Positions 22,901 through 35,372 are shown, numbered from the whole stretch's first letter. The stretch is DNA of 63,092 nucleotides, filler included, from Reclinomonas americana ATCC 50394 (GCA_048213135.1; 26 parts of 26 records of this genome joined end to end with filler, not necessarily neighbours in it), one strand, 5' to 3'. Numbers and translations are program-made. Notes: generated from the sequence alone by a model not told the origin.

Positions 22901-23990
22901 AAAGTGCAACTGCCGACCTTTGACGAGGCCGAGTTGAGCCGACTGATCACTGTGGACATTAATTGCCCGAGTCTGGTCGAGTACCTTCGCGGTTTTGACA
23001 TTGCACTGCTGGTGCTGCAAAAGAGCTGTTGCGTTGTTGTTGTTTCTCTGCTCTCTTGCTGTCTCTTCTCTGCTCCGCTCACGTTGCCCAGACGCCATTA
23101 CACGCGCGTTTTATGAAATGGCCGAGGATGCCTCGAAGGATGGTGTCAGGTACCTCGAGATCCGCTTCAGCCCGCTGTTGCACACTCGGGAAGGCCTTGC
23201 GCTGTCGCAGATTATGGAGGTATGTGTCCACCGAAGAGGCATTCGCAGTTGAGTCGCTCACACACTGCAGGCTGCGCTCGAGGGACAAGTCATGGCGGAG
23301 AACCACTTGAATATCATTGTGCGAATCATTTTGTGTGGAATGCGGTGCGTTCCGCTCTCCTCTTGTCATGCTTGTCATGGTCTTCCGTTCTTCCTCTCTT
23401 CTCCGTGTCTTCAACTGAATCTATCATGCTTGCAGTCAAATGCCCCCGCGTGTCACCAAGAACCTGGCCGAAATCGCCTGGCGGTACCGCCATCGTGGTG
23501 TTCGTCAGCTTCTCCGCTCCGCTCTCCTTTGCTCTTCACTCACGTGCACGGGGCGCACAGGTGGTGGGCTACGACTTGGCCGGCCCCGAAGACGGTTTCA
23601 GCTCGAAGCAACATCAAGAGGCGTTCGACATTGTTCGCCGCAAGTGCGTCAATTGCACCCTCCACTCGGGCGAGGCCGCCGGTTCGCAGGCAGTGAGAAT
23701 TCGCGCGCGATTGCATATGTGGCTGATTTTGGTTATTGGGGGCAGGATGGGAGTCGATCCTGGACAGCATCCGCTACTGCGGTGCGCAGCGTCTCGGCCA
23801 CGGTGTGCGTCTGGTGGAGAGCGAAGATTTGCTGCAGTATGTCGTGGACCAGCGCATTGTGATCGAGTCCTGCGTCACCAGCAACCTCCAAACCAAGGCC
23901 GTCGAGTCGCTCGACAAGCACCCCATTCGTCGTTTCTTCGACGCCGGCATTATTGTGGTGCCGTGCACCGACAATCCAACCGTGTCCGGA
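22901..23990 (+). CDS. ADA: Adenosine deaminase, internal exons
   Basis: SLVEYLRGFD, DGVRYLEIRFSP, GYDLAGPE, TLHSGEAAG, QRLGHG, ESCVTSN, CTDN across five in-frame GT-AG introns. Confidence 0.93.
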
Positions 23991-24475
23991 GTGTGTCTGT
24001 CATGTTGCGTTGCGAGCACACACAGTGCACTCGGATGCATTTAGTTGTCGCTCCTCTTCTCTTCACTGCCTCTAACGACGCCCATCATTTTCTTTATTCC
24101 CTCTCTTCCCCCTTTCCACTTCCCCCTATCCACTTCCCCCTTTCGCTTCCCCTTTCCACTTTCCCCTTTCCACTTTCCCCTTTCGCTTCCCCCTTTCCAC
24201 TTTCCCCTTTCCACTTTCCCCTTTCCACTTTNNNNNNNNNNNNNNNNNNNNNNNNNNNNNNNNNNNNNNNNNNNNTTAATTAATTAANNNNNNNNNNNNN
24301 NNNNNNNNNNNNNNNNNNNNNNNNNNNNNNNCGCCTCCTCGATTTCGACGTCACCCACTCTTTCCTCCCTGTCCCTTGCCTCCCCCTTTGCCGCCAGTCA
24401 CCCGTGCCTCTCTCTCTCTCTCTCACTCTCTTTCTCCTCCTCCTCCCTTCCCCCTTTCCTTCCCCCCTTTTTCAG

Positions 24476-25138
24476 GTGCTGGAATACCTGATCGTGACCC
24501 TCGGCGTGAACCCGAGCCACGTGAACCTCAAGACCGGCTCCTCGCTGCTCATCGAGGCCATTACGCACGAGAACCTGAAGGGCGTGCGCATTCTGCTGGC
24601 CAACGGCGCCGACCGCGAGTACAAGGACTTTTCGGGCAAGAAGGCACGCGACTACGCCAAGGTGACGAAGATGTTTGGGCATCTGTTCGACAAGTACAGC
24701 TACGTCGACCCCAAGCCGTGCCCGCAAGCTGCGGAGCTGAAGCAGCTGGCCGAGGCGAAGGAGGGCGGCAGCGCTGCGGCCAAGGTCGAAGACAAGAAGA
24801 AGACGACGAAGGAGGAGAAGAAGACCGCGAAGGATGCCAAGGTGGAGGCGAAGAAGGAGGACAAGGAGGAGAAGGAGTCCAAGGACAAGAAGAAGACGAA
24901 GGATGCCAAGGTAGAAGCGAAGAAGGAGGGCAAGAAGAAGGAGGAGTCCAAGGACAAGAAGAAGAAGACGACGAAGGATGTCAAGGTGGAGGCGAAGAAG
25001 GAGGACAAGAAGGAGGCAAAGGAAGAAAAGAAGGAGGAGGAGACGAAGAAGAAGGCGGACGAGAGCAAGTCTGCTACAGGAAAGGGAAAGAAGGAGAAGA
25101 GTGCCAAGAAGAGCAAGGCACAGAAGACGGAGCTCTGA
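24476..25138 (+). CDS. Ankyrin-repeat protein, last exon with K/E-rich repetitive tail
   Basis: TGSSLLIEA...VRILLANGAD....D.SGK.A.DYA; DAKVEAKKE repeats. Confidence 0.8.
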   Translation: MLEYLIVTLGVNPSHVNLKTGSSLLIEAITHENLKGVRILLANGADREYKDFSGKKARDYAKVTKMFGHLFDKYSYVDPKPCPQAAELKQLAEAKEGGSAAAKVEDKKKTTKEEKKTAKDAKVEAKKEDKEEKESKDKKKTKDAKVEAKKEGKKKEESKDKKKKTTKDVKVEAKKEDKKEAKEEKKEEETKKKADESKSATGKGKKEKSAKKSKAQKTEL

Positions 25139-25204
25139 GCAGGGCTGGTCGAATGCATGGCATTTTTATAGGAGAGGTCTCGTTCGTTGCAATCAATCCT
25201 TGTC

Positions 25205-25899
25205 TCACTGCGCCACATGCTTGATGATCCACTCCAGAGCCTCTTTGAGGCCATCGCCAGTCAGGCCACAGATCTGCACCACCGTCCAGTTTGCTCGCTC
25301 CTTCAGCGCCGGCAGCGTGAACTCCTGCGTGAACTCATTCAACGCCATCGCCTCTGGCTGATCGCTCATGTTGGCGCAGACGACAAGTGGTATCGAACTC
25401 ATCGAGGCCTCGTCGAGAGTTTTGCGCAGTTCCTCGCGCGCTTCGCCGAATCGATCCGGCTTCGACGAGTCAACAAAGTACATTAGCGCGCACGTGTCGG
25501 CATAATAGTGCCTCCACAGCGGCCGAATGGGCTCATATCCGCCAATATCCCACAGCATGAGCTTGTTGCCGAGAAACTCCACCTCCTCCACGTTGAAGCC
25601 GCGAGTGGGAATGCACGAGACGGTTTCTCCCAGCTACGAAGACGAGGAATGAGAGTGAGAGAGAGGAGAGAAAGAGAGCGGTGTTTCTGCTAGCACGCAC
25701 ACGAAGTCGGTAGAGCGCGGTTGTCTTGCCCGCACCGTCGATGCCAAGCATGAGGATCTTGTATTCGCCCATCGTGTGTGTGTCACTGAAAACTGCTTGA
25801 CAACGATATAATACTGCGTGTCGAGTGGCGGGACTGGACACAACGTCGAGCAGCGGTGAGCGACCGTGCCGCGCTGAACGAGGCCATTCTGTGCCCCAT
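25205..25899 (-). CDS. Divergent Arf/Arl family small GTPase (3 exons)
   Basis: Spliced MGHRMASFSAARDTHTMGEYKILMLGIDGAGKTT...PTRGFNVE...WDIGGYEPIRPLWRHYY...G.GL.E.LEW. Confidence 0.9.
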
Positions 25900-26149
25900 G
25901 TGCTTTGACTCTTCAACATGGACGACCGTAGGCCGATGGCGGTGTCGTGCGCATGCGGAAGCGCACTCCGTGTTTGTCCTTCGCCATGTTCTCCGCGGCC
26001 GTGGGTCGCTCGTATGCTCTCTGTCGCTCATGCAGTTCTGTTGCCGTTGCTGTTGTCGTTGCTGCTACAGAGACTTTCACGGCGAAGACGGGGGCGGAGT
26101 CCTGTCGACGTCGTCCCTTTCGTTTCTCTTCTATTCGAACACAATCAAT

Positions 26150-26803
26150 CATGCTCCACCTCATGGCACAGCACGCGCGACCTCTCCTCCGCGCCTCCTT
26201 CACCATGGGCACGCTCATGGGCTGCTCCGACGTCCTCGTGCAACGGATCACCTCCACAGACAGCAACTGGCGATGGGACGCACCGCGCACCACTCGCTGG
26301 ATGTGCGCCGGCGCCACCCTGCAAGCCCCCATGTTCTACGCCGGTTACCGCGTGGTCGACGCACGATGGATGATCGCCTCTTCCTCGACCAACTCCGCGC
26401 GACAACTCCTCGCCGTCTCCCTCCGCAAGGCCCTCGTCGTGCAGCTGTGCATCTCTCCCGTCTACCTCGTGCTTCTGTACGGCTACCTGGCCGCCATGGA
26501 GGGCCTGTCGTGGCGCGAGTGCTGCAAGTTGCACCAAACATGAAAGTCCTCTCTCTCTCTCTTTCCTTGTGTGTCTGCTCACCTCCCCACAGAAGCAGTG
26601 TGGATCGCGCTCCGATCGCCTATGCGGCCAGCTGCTGTGTGTGGCCCGTGGCCAACACGGTGCAGTTTGCGCTGGTGCCGTCGCAGTATCGCATTCTGGT
26701 GGCGGCGTTGCTCGGATTGCTGTTTAATTCGTTTTTGAGTTGGTGGAATGTGGTGGCGGTGGTGGGAGAGGTGCAGGAGAGAAGGGTGGCGACGAATGAA
26801 TAA
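26150..26803 (+). CDS. Mpv17/PMP22 family membrane protein
   Basis: T.G.L...SD.LVQ, D..RT.R, VWP.AN.VQF.LVP..YR; one intron at about 26528-26592. Confidence 0.88.
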   Translation, partial: HAPPHGTARATSPPRLLHHGHAHGLLRRPRATDHLHRQQLAMGRTAHHSLDVRRRHPASPHVLRRLPRGRRTMDDRLFLDQLRATTPRRLPPQGPRRAAVHLSRLPRASVRLPGRHGGPVVARVLQVAPNMKVLSLSLSLCVCSPPHRSSVDRAPIAYAASCCVWPVANTVQFALVPSQYRILVAALLGLLFNSFLSWWNVVAVVGEVQERRVATNE

Positions 26804-27244
26804 TGATAGTTTGTACATTTTCGGGTCAAGGGAGGTGGTCAGAAGCCCTTGAGGAAGGCCGTCACGTCATCGCTGAGCTGTGGGTGCAAGAAGATGCGGG
26901 TGAGGGGAAGGGGCGGAGAAGGGGAGGATGGAGAAGGGAAGTGGTGAGTGAGGATGGTTTCTCAGTGGGCACACGTGTGGGCGAGAGTGCGTTGTGTGCA
27001 GACGTGGTGATCGTGGAGCGCGCGTGGCTCTATTTCACTCTTCTGGTTGCTTCCTCTCCTTCTTTGTCTTCTTCTTCCTCTTCTTCATCGGCGTACGAGT
27101 CTATACGCGTTCGTCTCTCTCTCTCTCTCTCTCTTCCCCCTCTCNNNNNNNNNNNNNNNNNNNNNNNNNNNNNNNNNNNNNNNNNNNNTTAATTAATTAA
27201 NNNNNNNNNNNNNNNNNNNNNNNNNNNNNNNNNNNNNNNNNNNN

Positions 27245-28252
27245 ACCGTCAGCGCTGCGCACACTGCAATTGTCTCTCACTCACTGTGTTTCCAATGTCA
27301 CTGCGGCAAGCAGTCTCCGCTGCGCACCTTCGCAAAGCCGCCGACCCACTTGTTCTTGTGCGCGCAGATCGCCCACGAGAAGGTCTGTTCTTTGCGTGTG
27401 TGTGCGTCCACAGTGTGTGGCTGAGAATAGCTCATGTCCGATCACCAAGGGCGCATTCATGTGTTCCCCTCGGCTGCGCGGTGTGAGCGTGCGGGGTTTG
27501 GGCATGTGGGACCAGGCGATGAGGTGACAGTGCCGGGCATAGGCGCTGCGTGTGTCATTGGTGTAGGTGCGTTCGAACACGAGAGCGAGAAGACAGGTGG
27601 TGAGTTGACTCTCCGTTGCAGTCATGGCGGATGCGGCGGCTGCTGATGAGCAAGAGGCGCGACTGTGTGTGTTTGTGGAGGCGGATGAGGTGGGCGTGCG
27701 AGTGCTTGATCGTGAGCAGGCGCGCAGTGTGGAGCTGATCCGCGCGCATCCCGAGTGTCGACTGTTGCGCTCTTCTTCTTCTCCTTCAGTTGTTGTTCCG
27801 CTGCTGAAGTTAGGGAGTGATGCAGAGAGACAGCGCTGTGGATGCACTCGTGGCGACGCAATCCAGTGTGCATCGACACGAGACCCGAGTGCATGGAGGG
27901 CGGGCGGTGGAAAGTCGGAGATATTGGTTGAGTTCACTTCTTTGTGTGGGGCGACGACGCAGCGAGGCTCTGACTGCTCACTCCACTCTACTGTGTGATG
28001 CAGTGCGGGATCAGCATGGCGCCAGGGACTATGTCGCCGAGGGACCGATTCTGGGAGTGGCGATTGCACCGCCGCGTTTTGTGCGCAATTCGCGGTCCAT
28101 TTTCATGCTGCGGCCAGATGGAGGTGCGTTTTTTTGTTGCTGATGACAGTGGGTACGTGCTGCTGACAAGCAATCACGCAGTGGGTGGTCGATCGTTTGA
28201 CGAGGTGGACGGGTACTTTGAGTTGCTACTCGACGCCGACGAGAATGAATGA
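27245..28252 (+). CDS. Hypothetical spliced gene, 3' part
   Basis: Coding-like segments separated by GT-AG introns, ending ...LLDADENE*; exon structure uncertain. Confidence 0.4.
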
Positions 28253-28414
28253 TGCGGTTGTTGTTGTTGTAGTTGTTACACGAGCAGCTCGTTTTCCCGT
28301 CACCATTCATTGTGTGTACACCCCGCCCCCATAGTGTGCATTACGCAAAAGAGGCCAAGCACGCATAAACAAAGTGCAACGAAAAAAAATCTGTCGATTT
28401 TTGTGTTGGTGCTG

Positions 28415-29161
28415 TTACTTGTCGGAAGCCATGCGGTACTTGATGAGAGCGTCCGAGAGCGGCCGCCAGTCTCGTTTCCGTTGTGCGTCCTTCAGGAAGT
28501 TGCCCAGATATGCGTCCTTGAGTGCGGCAAGTTTGCGCTTGCTGGCAGCATTTGGAAACAGTGAACCCTGCGTCGGAACGGATGAGCAAGTCACACAACA
28601 AGAAAAGCAACAACAAAGAAGCATCACCAACCTGGTGTGCCCTAAACAGCTCCGCGCCCAGGACTCCCGACAAAAACCACCCACTGGCCGCCTGACATTC
28701 CGGCGACAACAACTGGTGGTACTTGGCGCAGAACGAGACCACCAGATCGACAAGATCTGCCGGATCAGAAAAATGATGATGAGTGCTACTCTCTTTGTGT
28801 GCGCCCCTCTCTCTCCTCGACTACGCAACTGTGCTCCACCAACAGCTCCATGATGCGCGCCTCCGGCAGCACCTCCAGCTTCTTGGCGACCTCGGCCAAG
28901 TAGAAAATAACTTGCGCCTCCTGGCACTTGCCGAGTTCTGGTCTGTCCTCCAGCGGCGCGGCTGGTGGCTCCTCCAGGGTCGGTCGCAGCACCTTGGCCG
29001 CGTGCTCAAACAACAGTGGCAGATCCGTCGTCTGCAATGATTCTTGCGCCTGGTACGACACGCGCAGAATCTCGCCCAGCGAGTGCTCCAACTGGTAGAT
29101 GCGATGTTGTAGTGTGTCGGCGTCGAGTGGTACACTGGCTTCCGAGGCTTCGATGAGGGCC
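28415..29161 (-). CDS. Hypothetical helical protein, last three exons
   Basis: In-frame joins VEH/NLVDLVV and RAHQ/GSLFP; ends ...YRMASDK*. Confidence 0.7.
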
Positions 29162-30149
29162 TGTGGTGGGTGAGGGGAAGGGGGTGAGATGAGGGGAAGG
29201 GGGTGAGATGAGGGGAAGGGGGTGAGATGAGGAAGGCGAACGGTGGCTACGGTCCTCTCAATATACTGAATCACGATTTTCCTTTCTCCTTGACCCATTT
29301 TCTCCTCATTCCATCTTTGTCTCTCTTTCTCTTCCTTCCCCCGCTCTCTCTCTCTCTCTTCACACACAAACAATGTGAGAGCAACGTGAGTGAGGAGGAT
29401 GCACCCTCACTCTCTGTCACCACGCAGAGTTGAGTGTATCACAGATGGAAGCATCCTTCTTCACACACAAAACATAATTAGGGGAGCGGTCGCATGTAGG
29501 AGTACTTGTCTCCACATTGAGTATTGAAGGAAGGGAGCAATAGGGCAGATGGCAGAAGATAAAAACGGGGAGCCTCTCAGCGCAAGTGCAATCCAGCCCA
29601 TTCTGCTCAGTAACTCACAAGGACAAGAAGATGAAAGCCACACACAGTCTCCCTCGCACGCATGCACGAAATCTTGCGTGGAGGTACAACAGGGAGGAAA
29701 GCACACGTGCAGAGGAGCTCAGTCACACTTAGTACCTCCTGAACAGAGAGGCGTGGAAATGCCCCAGCCACACGTAGACACTCCCGCACACGACGAGAAG
29801 AACGAGACAATCAACATCAACCAAACGGCGAGAAGTGATCAGAGGGAAGAAGAAGTCGTTCTTCCTCTCACACAAAGAGAGCATCGACTGTGGAGAATGC
29901 CAACACGAGTGGAGCAGTCGCATTACGTACTCTCACTCTCCAACATGTGAGAGTTCACGCGGCAGAAACACATCTCTTCTCCCTCCCTCCCTCCTCCCTT
30001 TCCCTCCCTCCCTCCCTCCCTTTCCTCCCTCCTCTTTCCCTCCCTGCCTNNNNNNNNNNNNNNNNNNNNNNNNNNNNNNNNNNNNNNNNNNNNTTAATTA
30101 ATTAANNNNNNNNNNNNNNNNNNNNNNNNNNNNNNNNNNNNNNNNNNNN

Positions 30150-31179
30150 TCGAGGCGGCTGGTGGCAGGTGTCGCGCACCGCCATCGGCGGTGGCCGGTC
30201 GTTCAAGAGGCGCACTCGCCTGCCGTGAGTGTGTGCGGCCCACCGACGACGACCGCGTGGTGGAGGCGGCCGACGCAGATGCCCTCGCGCTGCGCCCACG
30301 CATGGCCGACATGTCGAGCTGTAGCGACGCCGAGACGAGGTACGGCGACGACCGAGAATCGACGGCGGCACGAGCACTGGAGGCGCGCGAGTTGCTGACG
30401 GAGGAGGCGGCCGACGACGAGGCGCTTCGGCTCCGGCGCACTTGCTGTGACGACAGCGAGCGAAGTGGCGGCACATCCGTGGCCACCACCGGCAGTGGCT
30501 GCCTCCGCTGCGCCCACATTTGTGTCGACGTCGGCGGCAGTTCCTCGCTGTCCACGAGCACCACATCCAGTTCATCCATGGACGCGTGGTGGTATCCATG
30601 TTGCTGCTGTTGCTGTTGCTGTTGCTGATGGTGTGCCGTGAGTGGTCTCTCTGTTCCACACACAGACACAGCAGTGGTGGTGAGCGTCACATAGATACAG
30701 CACGTTTCAAAGTGCGACTGACCATCTCTACGCAGTGGCGACAGATGCCGAGTGCCCGACGCGCTCGCCGGACGCGACAACATTGTCAGTGCCGCCGACG
30801 ACGACGCCATTGACGCCATCGACAACGCGCTGCCTGGTCTCTTGCCACCCACCGTCGCCTCACCCATCGCCTGCAATTGCTGCTTCTTCCTCTCGGCCTG
30901 CCGCACCGACCGCGCAGCCTCACGCAACAGCTCCTCCAAACCACGATCACTCGCATCACCGCCCTCATATGACATCGACGACAACGGCGGTCTCTTGCTG
31001 CTGCTCCCATTCGCCACTCCTCCACCATACACTGGCAGTTGCTGCTGCTGCTGCTGTTGCAACATCAACACCGGCTCGGCCGCAGCCCATGCAAACCGCT
31101 CAGCCGCCTCTGCCAGTCGCACCTCCACTGACGGCACTGCGCGTGCACTGCCGCCGCGGCTGCTGTGATGGCGCTCCAT
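30150..31179 (-). CDS. Hypothetical low-complexity protein with RPxTA/RPxSA motifs (3' truncated); allele A
   Basis: Long ORF kept open in both allelic contigs. Confidence 0.65.
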
Positions 31180-31259
31180 ATTATCTCTCGCACGAAACCC
31201 CAAATACAATTTCAACGTTCGCCAGCCAATGCTCGCGCGTCACGGAACTGTCCAACACC

Positions 31260-31412
31260 ATGATTGACGCAGACGCAGTGCGGCACATGCACTGGCTTGC
31301 ATGTTTGCGCTATGACAGTCGTGCAGTGGAGCGCCTGCGCCATGCACGCGTGTTGGTCCGTCGATTGGATCCCGTCGGAGTGGAAGTCGGTGTGTGCATA
31401 TGTGATTAAAGG

Positions 31413-31458
<46 letters not shown>

Positions 31459-32781
31459 AAAGTGTGCTTGACTCCCCTCTCTTTGTGTGCAGTGCGGAAT
31501 CTCATTGTGCATGGAGTCGGAAGTGTCACTTTGATGGACGATGTTGCGTGAAAATGCATCTAACTCTCTTGTCTCTCCCTTGCTCTCTTGCTCTCTTGCT
31601 CTATCACTCACTCTCCGTCTGTCTCTCTTTGCGTGCATGCTCAGGTCAAGTCCGATCGCGCGGAATGCGTCTTATCGGAGTTTAAGGAGATTGCAGCGGC
31701 ACATGCGTGCGAGCTGCACAGTGCACAGTGGGTGCCCATTCGCAGTGCAGCAGAGCTCAAGGTCTTCTTCTTCTCTTACCCCCGTCATCATCCTCACTGC
31801 ATTCCTGACGCTGATCGGATGATATTAATAGTTCGATTCGATTGTGGATTGCCGATCGCTGGCAGGCGACGAGTACTTGGAGGAGGCCGGTGTCACACAG
31901 TGCGCACTGGTGTCGTGTCGGGCCGTTGGACCAGTGGGCGCTCTGGTTGGTCAAATCATGCGTACCTGTTGCTCTCTCTGTCTGTTGTCCTCATGTGCGA
32001 GATGAGCGCAGTGGTGTCCGCGTTTCCGGCGAGCCGACGATGCTTCCCCGGACGCCCTGGTGCACTTGATGGTGGCTGCGGAGGAGCTGAGTGCGTCTCG
32101 TGGTGGGAGTGCGCCGAGTGCAGACGAGCTGCGAGGCAAGGTAGGGCTGGCGATGTGGGATGAGCAACTGGCGGCGGTGGTGCTCGGGGACGATGTGCCG
32201 GCGGCGCCGCCGGTGGCGGCTGTGATCGGTGGAGCTGCGGCGCTGAACGTGCTGCGTGTGCTGCTGGCCGATGTCGATGAGACGCTGCTCGGCGCGCCAT
32301 TGTCGGCATTGTCGTTTGATGTGCTGGCCGGGTGGATTGCCACCGAGCAGCAGGTGAGAGGGAGAGAGTACTCCGTGGCTTGTGTCATGGAGTTTCTCAT
32401 CACGCATGTGCACTCGCAGCGCCGACAACTGCGCGATGCGGTGGTGGCTGTCGGTGGAGCCGGCGCGCTGAGTGGCGAAGTACTCCGACTGTTGGCCGGC
32501 AGCGGCGTGGCCGGTCGCGGTGGCAAGGGGTTCGTTCTGCTTCACGCTCATTCTTTGGTGTGAATGAGCTCACCCATTGTCCGTGTTGTCGTGCAGCGCC
32601 ATTCATGTGTTTGACGACACGCTGGTGCACTGGTCGTCGGCGTCGTTGCATCCGTTGCTGAGTGTGGCCGACATTGGCGATTACAAGTCGCGGGCGTCGG
32701 CGCACGCTCTTTCGCGTATGCACTCCCTCAACGAAGTCACCGTCATCCCGCACACGTCGCCGCTGAGCACTGACTCGCCAG
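31260..32781 (+). CDS. Divergent ubiquitin-activating enzyme E1 (UBA1-like), 3' truncated; allele A
   Basis: Two ThiF-like repeats: RL..ARVLV..L..VGVEVVRNLIVHGVGSVTLMD and V.V.GAGALSGEVLRLLA.SGV...GAIHVFD...DIG.YKS. Confidence 0.75.
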
Positions 32782-32831
32782 GTACGTCGACCATCGTTCG
32801 CATTTTTAGTCCTTCTGAAATCGGCGGCTCA

Positions 32832-32937
<106 letters not shown>

Positions 32938-33037
32938 NNNNNNNNNNNNNNNNNNNNNNNNNNNNNNNNNNNNNNNNNNNNTTAATTAATTAANNNNNNN
33001 NNNNNNNNNNNNNNNNNNNNNNNNNNNNNNNNNNNNN

Positions 33038-33744
33038 ACGCCAAGATCATCGGCGATCCCGAGTTCTGGGCGGCGTTGGGGCGGTCCACGTTCTGGCTGT
33101 TCGCGAACATGATCGTGCAGACCGTGTTCGGTTTCATGACCGCGCTGCTGCTGCAGCGCTCGGGCAGGTGGTCCCGAACGGCTCGCACGTGGATCGTCCT
33201 CCCGTGGGTCATTCCGACGGTCGCCGTCGCTGTGATCTGGCAGTGGATGCTGAACAGCAACTACGGCGTGATCTACAAGGCTTTCGATTCGATCGGGATC
33301 GACATCGGCTCGCCGTTCGGAGACAGCGCCATCGCACTCGTCGCCATCGTGCTGATCAACAGCTGGCACTGGTTCCCCCTCAGCGCCGTCATCATCTACG
33401 GGGCACTGTCCACCGTGCCGCACGAAGTGATCGAAGCCGCTCGGATGGACGGTGCGAACGCGTGGCGGTTGTTCTGGGCGGTCACCTACCCCCTGCTGCA
33501 GCCGGTGCTGTTCTCGATCGCCCTGGTCGGATCGCTCTGGTCGTTCAACATCCTCGACTCGATCTACCTGATCACCGAAGGCGGTCCGGCGGGGTCGACG
33601 ACCACCGTGCCCGTCTACATCTATGACACCGCGTTCAGTGCGTTCCGCTCGAGTCAGGCGGCTGCGGCGAGCGTGCTCACCGTGATCGTCCTCGGTGTCG
33701 CGGCTCTGCTGTTCGTCCGCTTCGGCCGCCCCAAGGAGGACTGA
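33038..33744 (+). CDS. Carbohydrate ABC transporter permease (5' truncated)
   Basis: LPWVIP, EAARMDGA loop, TEGGP. Confidence 0.95.
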
Positions 33745-34574
33745 TGAAGCAATCGCGTGTTCTCAGAAAAGTCCCTCGTGTTCTGGCCATGGTGGTGCTC
33801 ACCGTGGTCGTCCTCGGACCGTTGTACTGGATCGCCACTTCGGCGTTCAAGGGCCGGGAGGAGATCATCCGATCCGTTCCGACCCTGTTCCCCGAGACCT
33901 GGACCCTGAGCAATTTCGAGCGGCTGTTCACGGCGACCGAGTACGGGGTGTTCCTGTCGAACAGCCTGATCATCGCCGTGGCGACGACGCTCGTCACCGT
34001 CGTCGTGTCTCTCTGCGCCGCGTACGGGCTGTACCGCGTCAGGGTCCCGGGCAGCGGGAAGATCGCCGGGGTCGTGCTGCTGTCGTACATGATCCCGGGA
34101 ACGCTCCTCATCGTGCCGCTCTACCGGACTCTGTCCGAACTGCAGCTGATCGATACGTATGTCGGCCTCGTTCTCGTCAATGTGGCGTTCACCGCACCGT
34201 TCTGCACCTGGTTGCTTCGAGGCTTCATCCTCGCCGTACCGGTGGAGATCGACGAGGCGGCTGCGCTGGACGGCGCGGGGCCCGTGCGCACGATGTTGCG
34301 CATCGTGCTCCCTCTCATGGCGCCGGGCATCGCGACGGTCACGGTGTACTCGTTCGTCTTCGCCTGGACGGAATTCGTCTTCGCGTCGCAGTTCATCGTG
34401 AGCGACGCACTGCAGACGCTGCCCATCGGACTCAATGCCATCGTCGGCCAGTACACGGTCGACTGGGGACTCGTCATGGCGGGAACCCTCTTCACCCTGC
34501 TGCCGACCGTGCTGCTCTTCCTGTTCGTGGGAAAGTATTTCGTCGGCGGCCTGATCGCGGGAGCGACCAAATGA
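33744..34574 (+). CDS. Carbohydrate ABC transporter permease
   Basis: EIDEAAALDGA, IVLPLMAPGI, TLPIG; TGATG translational coupling. Confidence 0.95.
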   Translation: MKQSRVLRKVPRVLAMVVLTVVVLGPLYWIATSAFKGREEIIRSVPTLFPETWTLSNFERLFTATEYGVFLSNSLIIAVATTLVTVVVSLCAAYGLYRVRVPGSGKIAGVVLLSYMIPGTLLIVPLYRTLSELQLIDTYVGLVLVNVAFTAPFCTWLLRGFILAVPVEIDEAAALDGAGPVRTMLRIVLPLMAPGIATVTVYSFVFAWTEFVFASQFIVSDALQTLPIGLNAIVGQYTVDWGLVMAGTLFTLLPTVLLFLFVGKYFVGGLIAGATK

Positions 34575-35329
34575 TGATCGACACAACCACCAACCTGACG
34601 ACCTCGTCCTCCGACTACCTGGACGGGGTCACCGAACTCCTCGCCGAGGTGATCTCGAATGAGAAGCCGGCCATCGCTGCTGCAGGTCGGCTCGTCGCCG
34701 ACCGGTTCGAGAACGACGGACTCCTCTACGTGTTCGGCAGCGGACACTCTCACGTGTTCGCCGAGGAGGCCTTCTACCGTGCAGGTGGCGCCGCACGCAT
34801 CTGCCCGGTACTCGTGCCGGAATACATGCTGCACGTCAGTGCGGAGCACAGCACGACGCTCGAGCGCGAGTCCGGGCACGTGTCGCAGATCCTCAGCGCC
34901 TACGAGCTGAACCCGGAACGCGACGTGTTCCTCGTCGTGTCGAACTCCGGAGCGAATGCCCTTCCGGTGGAGATGGCGCAGACAGCCAAGGATCAGGGGG
35001 TGCCCGTGATCGCGATCACCTCGCGCGCCTATGCGAACGCCAGCACCAACCCCGGCCGTCGACTGCACGACGTCGCCGACATCGTCATCGACAACCACTG
35101 CCCGCCCGGCGACGCGACGATCACGATCGCCGATGACCTCCCGAAGGTGGGCCCGGCGTCGAGCTCCATCGGACTCGCGCTGATGAACGCCCTGCTGGTC
35201 GAGGCGCTCGCGCTGCAGGTCGAGCGCGGCGACAACCCGGACGTCTGGGTGAGTGCCGGCATGCCGAACGGGCGAGCGCATAACGTGGAGCTCGCCAATC
35301 GGTTCCGGTCGCGGATCCCTCACATCTGA
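34571..35329 (+). CDS. SIS-domain sugar isomerase-like protein
   Basis: FGSGHSH..AEE.FYRAGG, SNSGAN..PVE.A, IAITS, IDNH.P.GDA; ATGA overlap. Confidence 0.92.
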   Translation: MMIDTTTNLTTSSSDYLDGVTELLAEVISNEKPAIAAAGRLVADRFENDGLLYVFGSGHSHVFAEEAFYRAGGAARICPVLVPEYMLHVSAEHSTTLERESGHVSQILSAYELNPERDVFLVVSNSGANALPVEMAQTAKDQGVPVIAITSRAYANASTNPGRRLHDVADIVIDNHCPPGDATITIADDLPKVGPASSSIGLALMNALLVEALALQVERGDNPDVWVSAGMPNGRAHNVELANRFRSRIPHI

Positions 35330-35372
35330 GGATCCTCCGGCTGACACCCTCGACTAGAAGGCAGGAGCGTCG

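Noticed and set aside
34121..35347. Long antisense ORFs in bacterial contigs (also 357-1496 and 18808-19965)
   Set aside because: Shadow ORFs of high-GC genes
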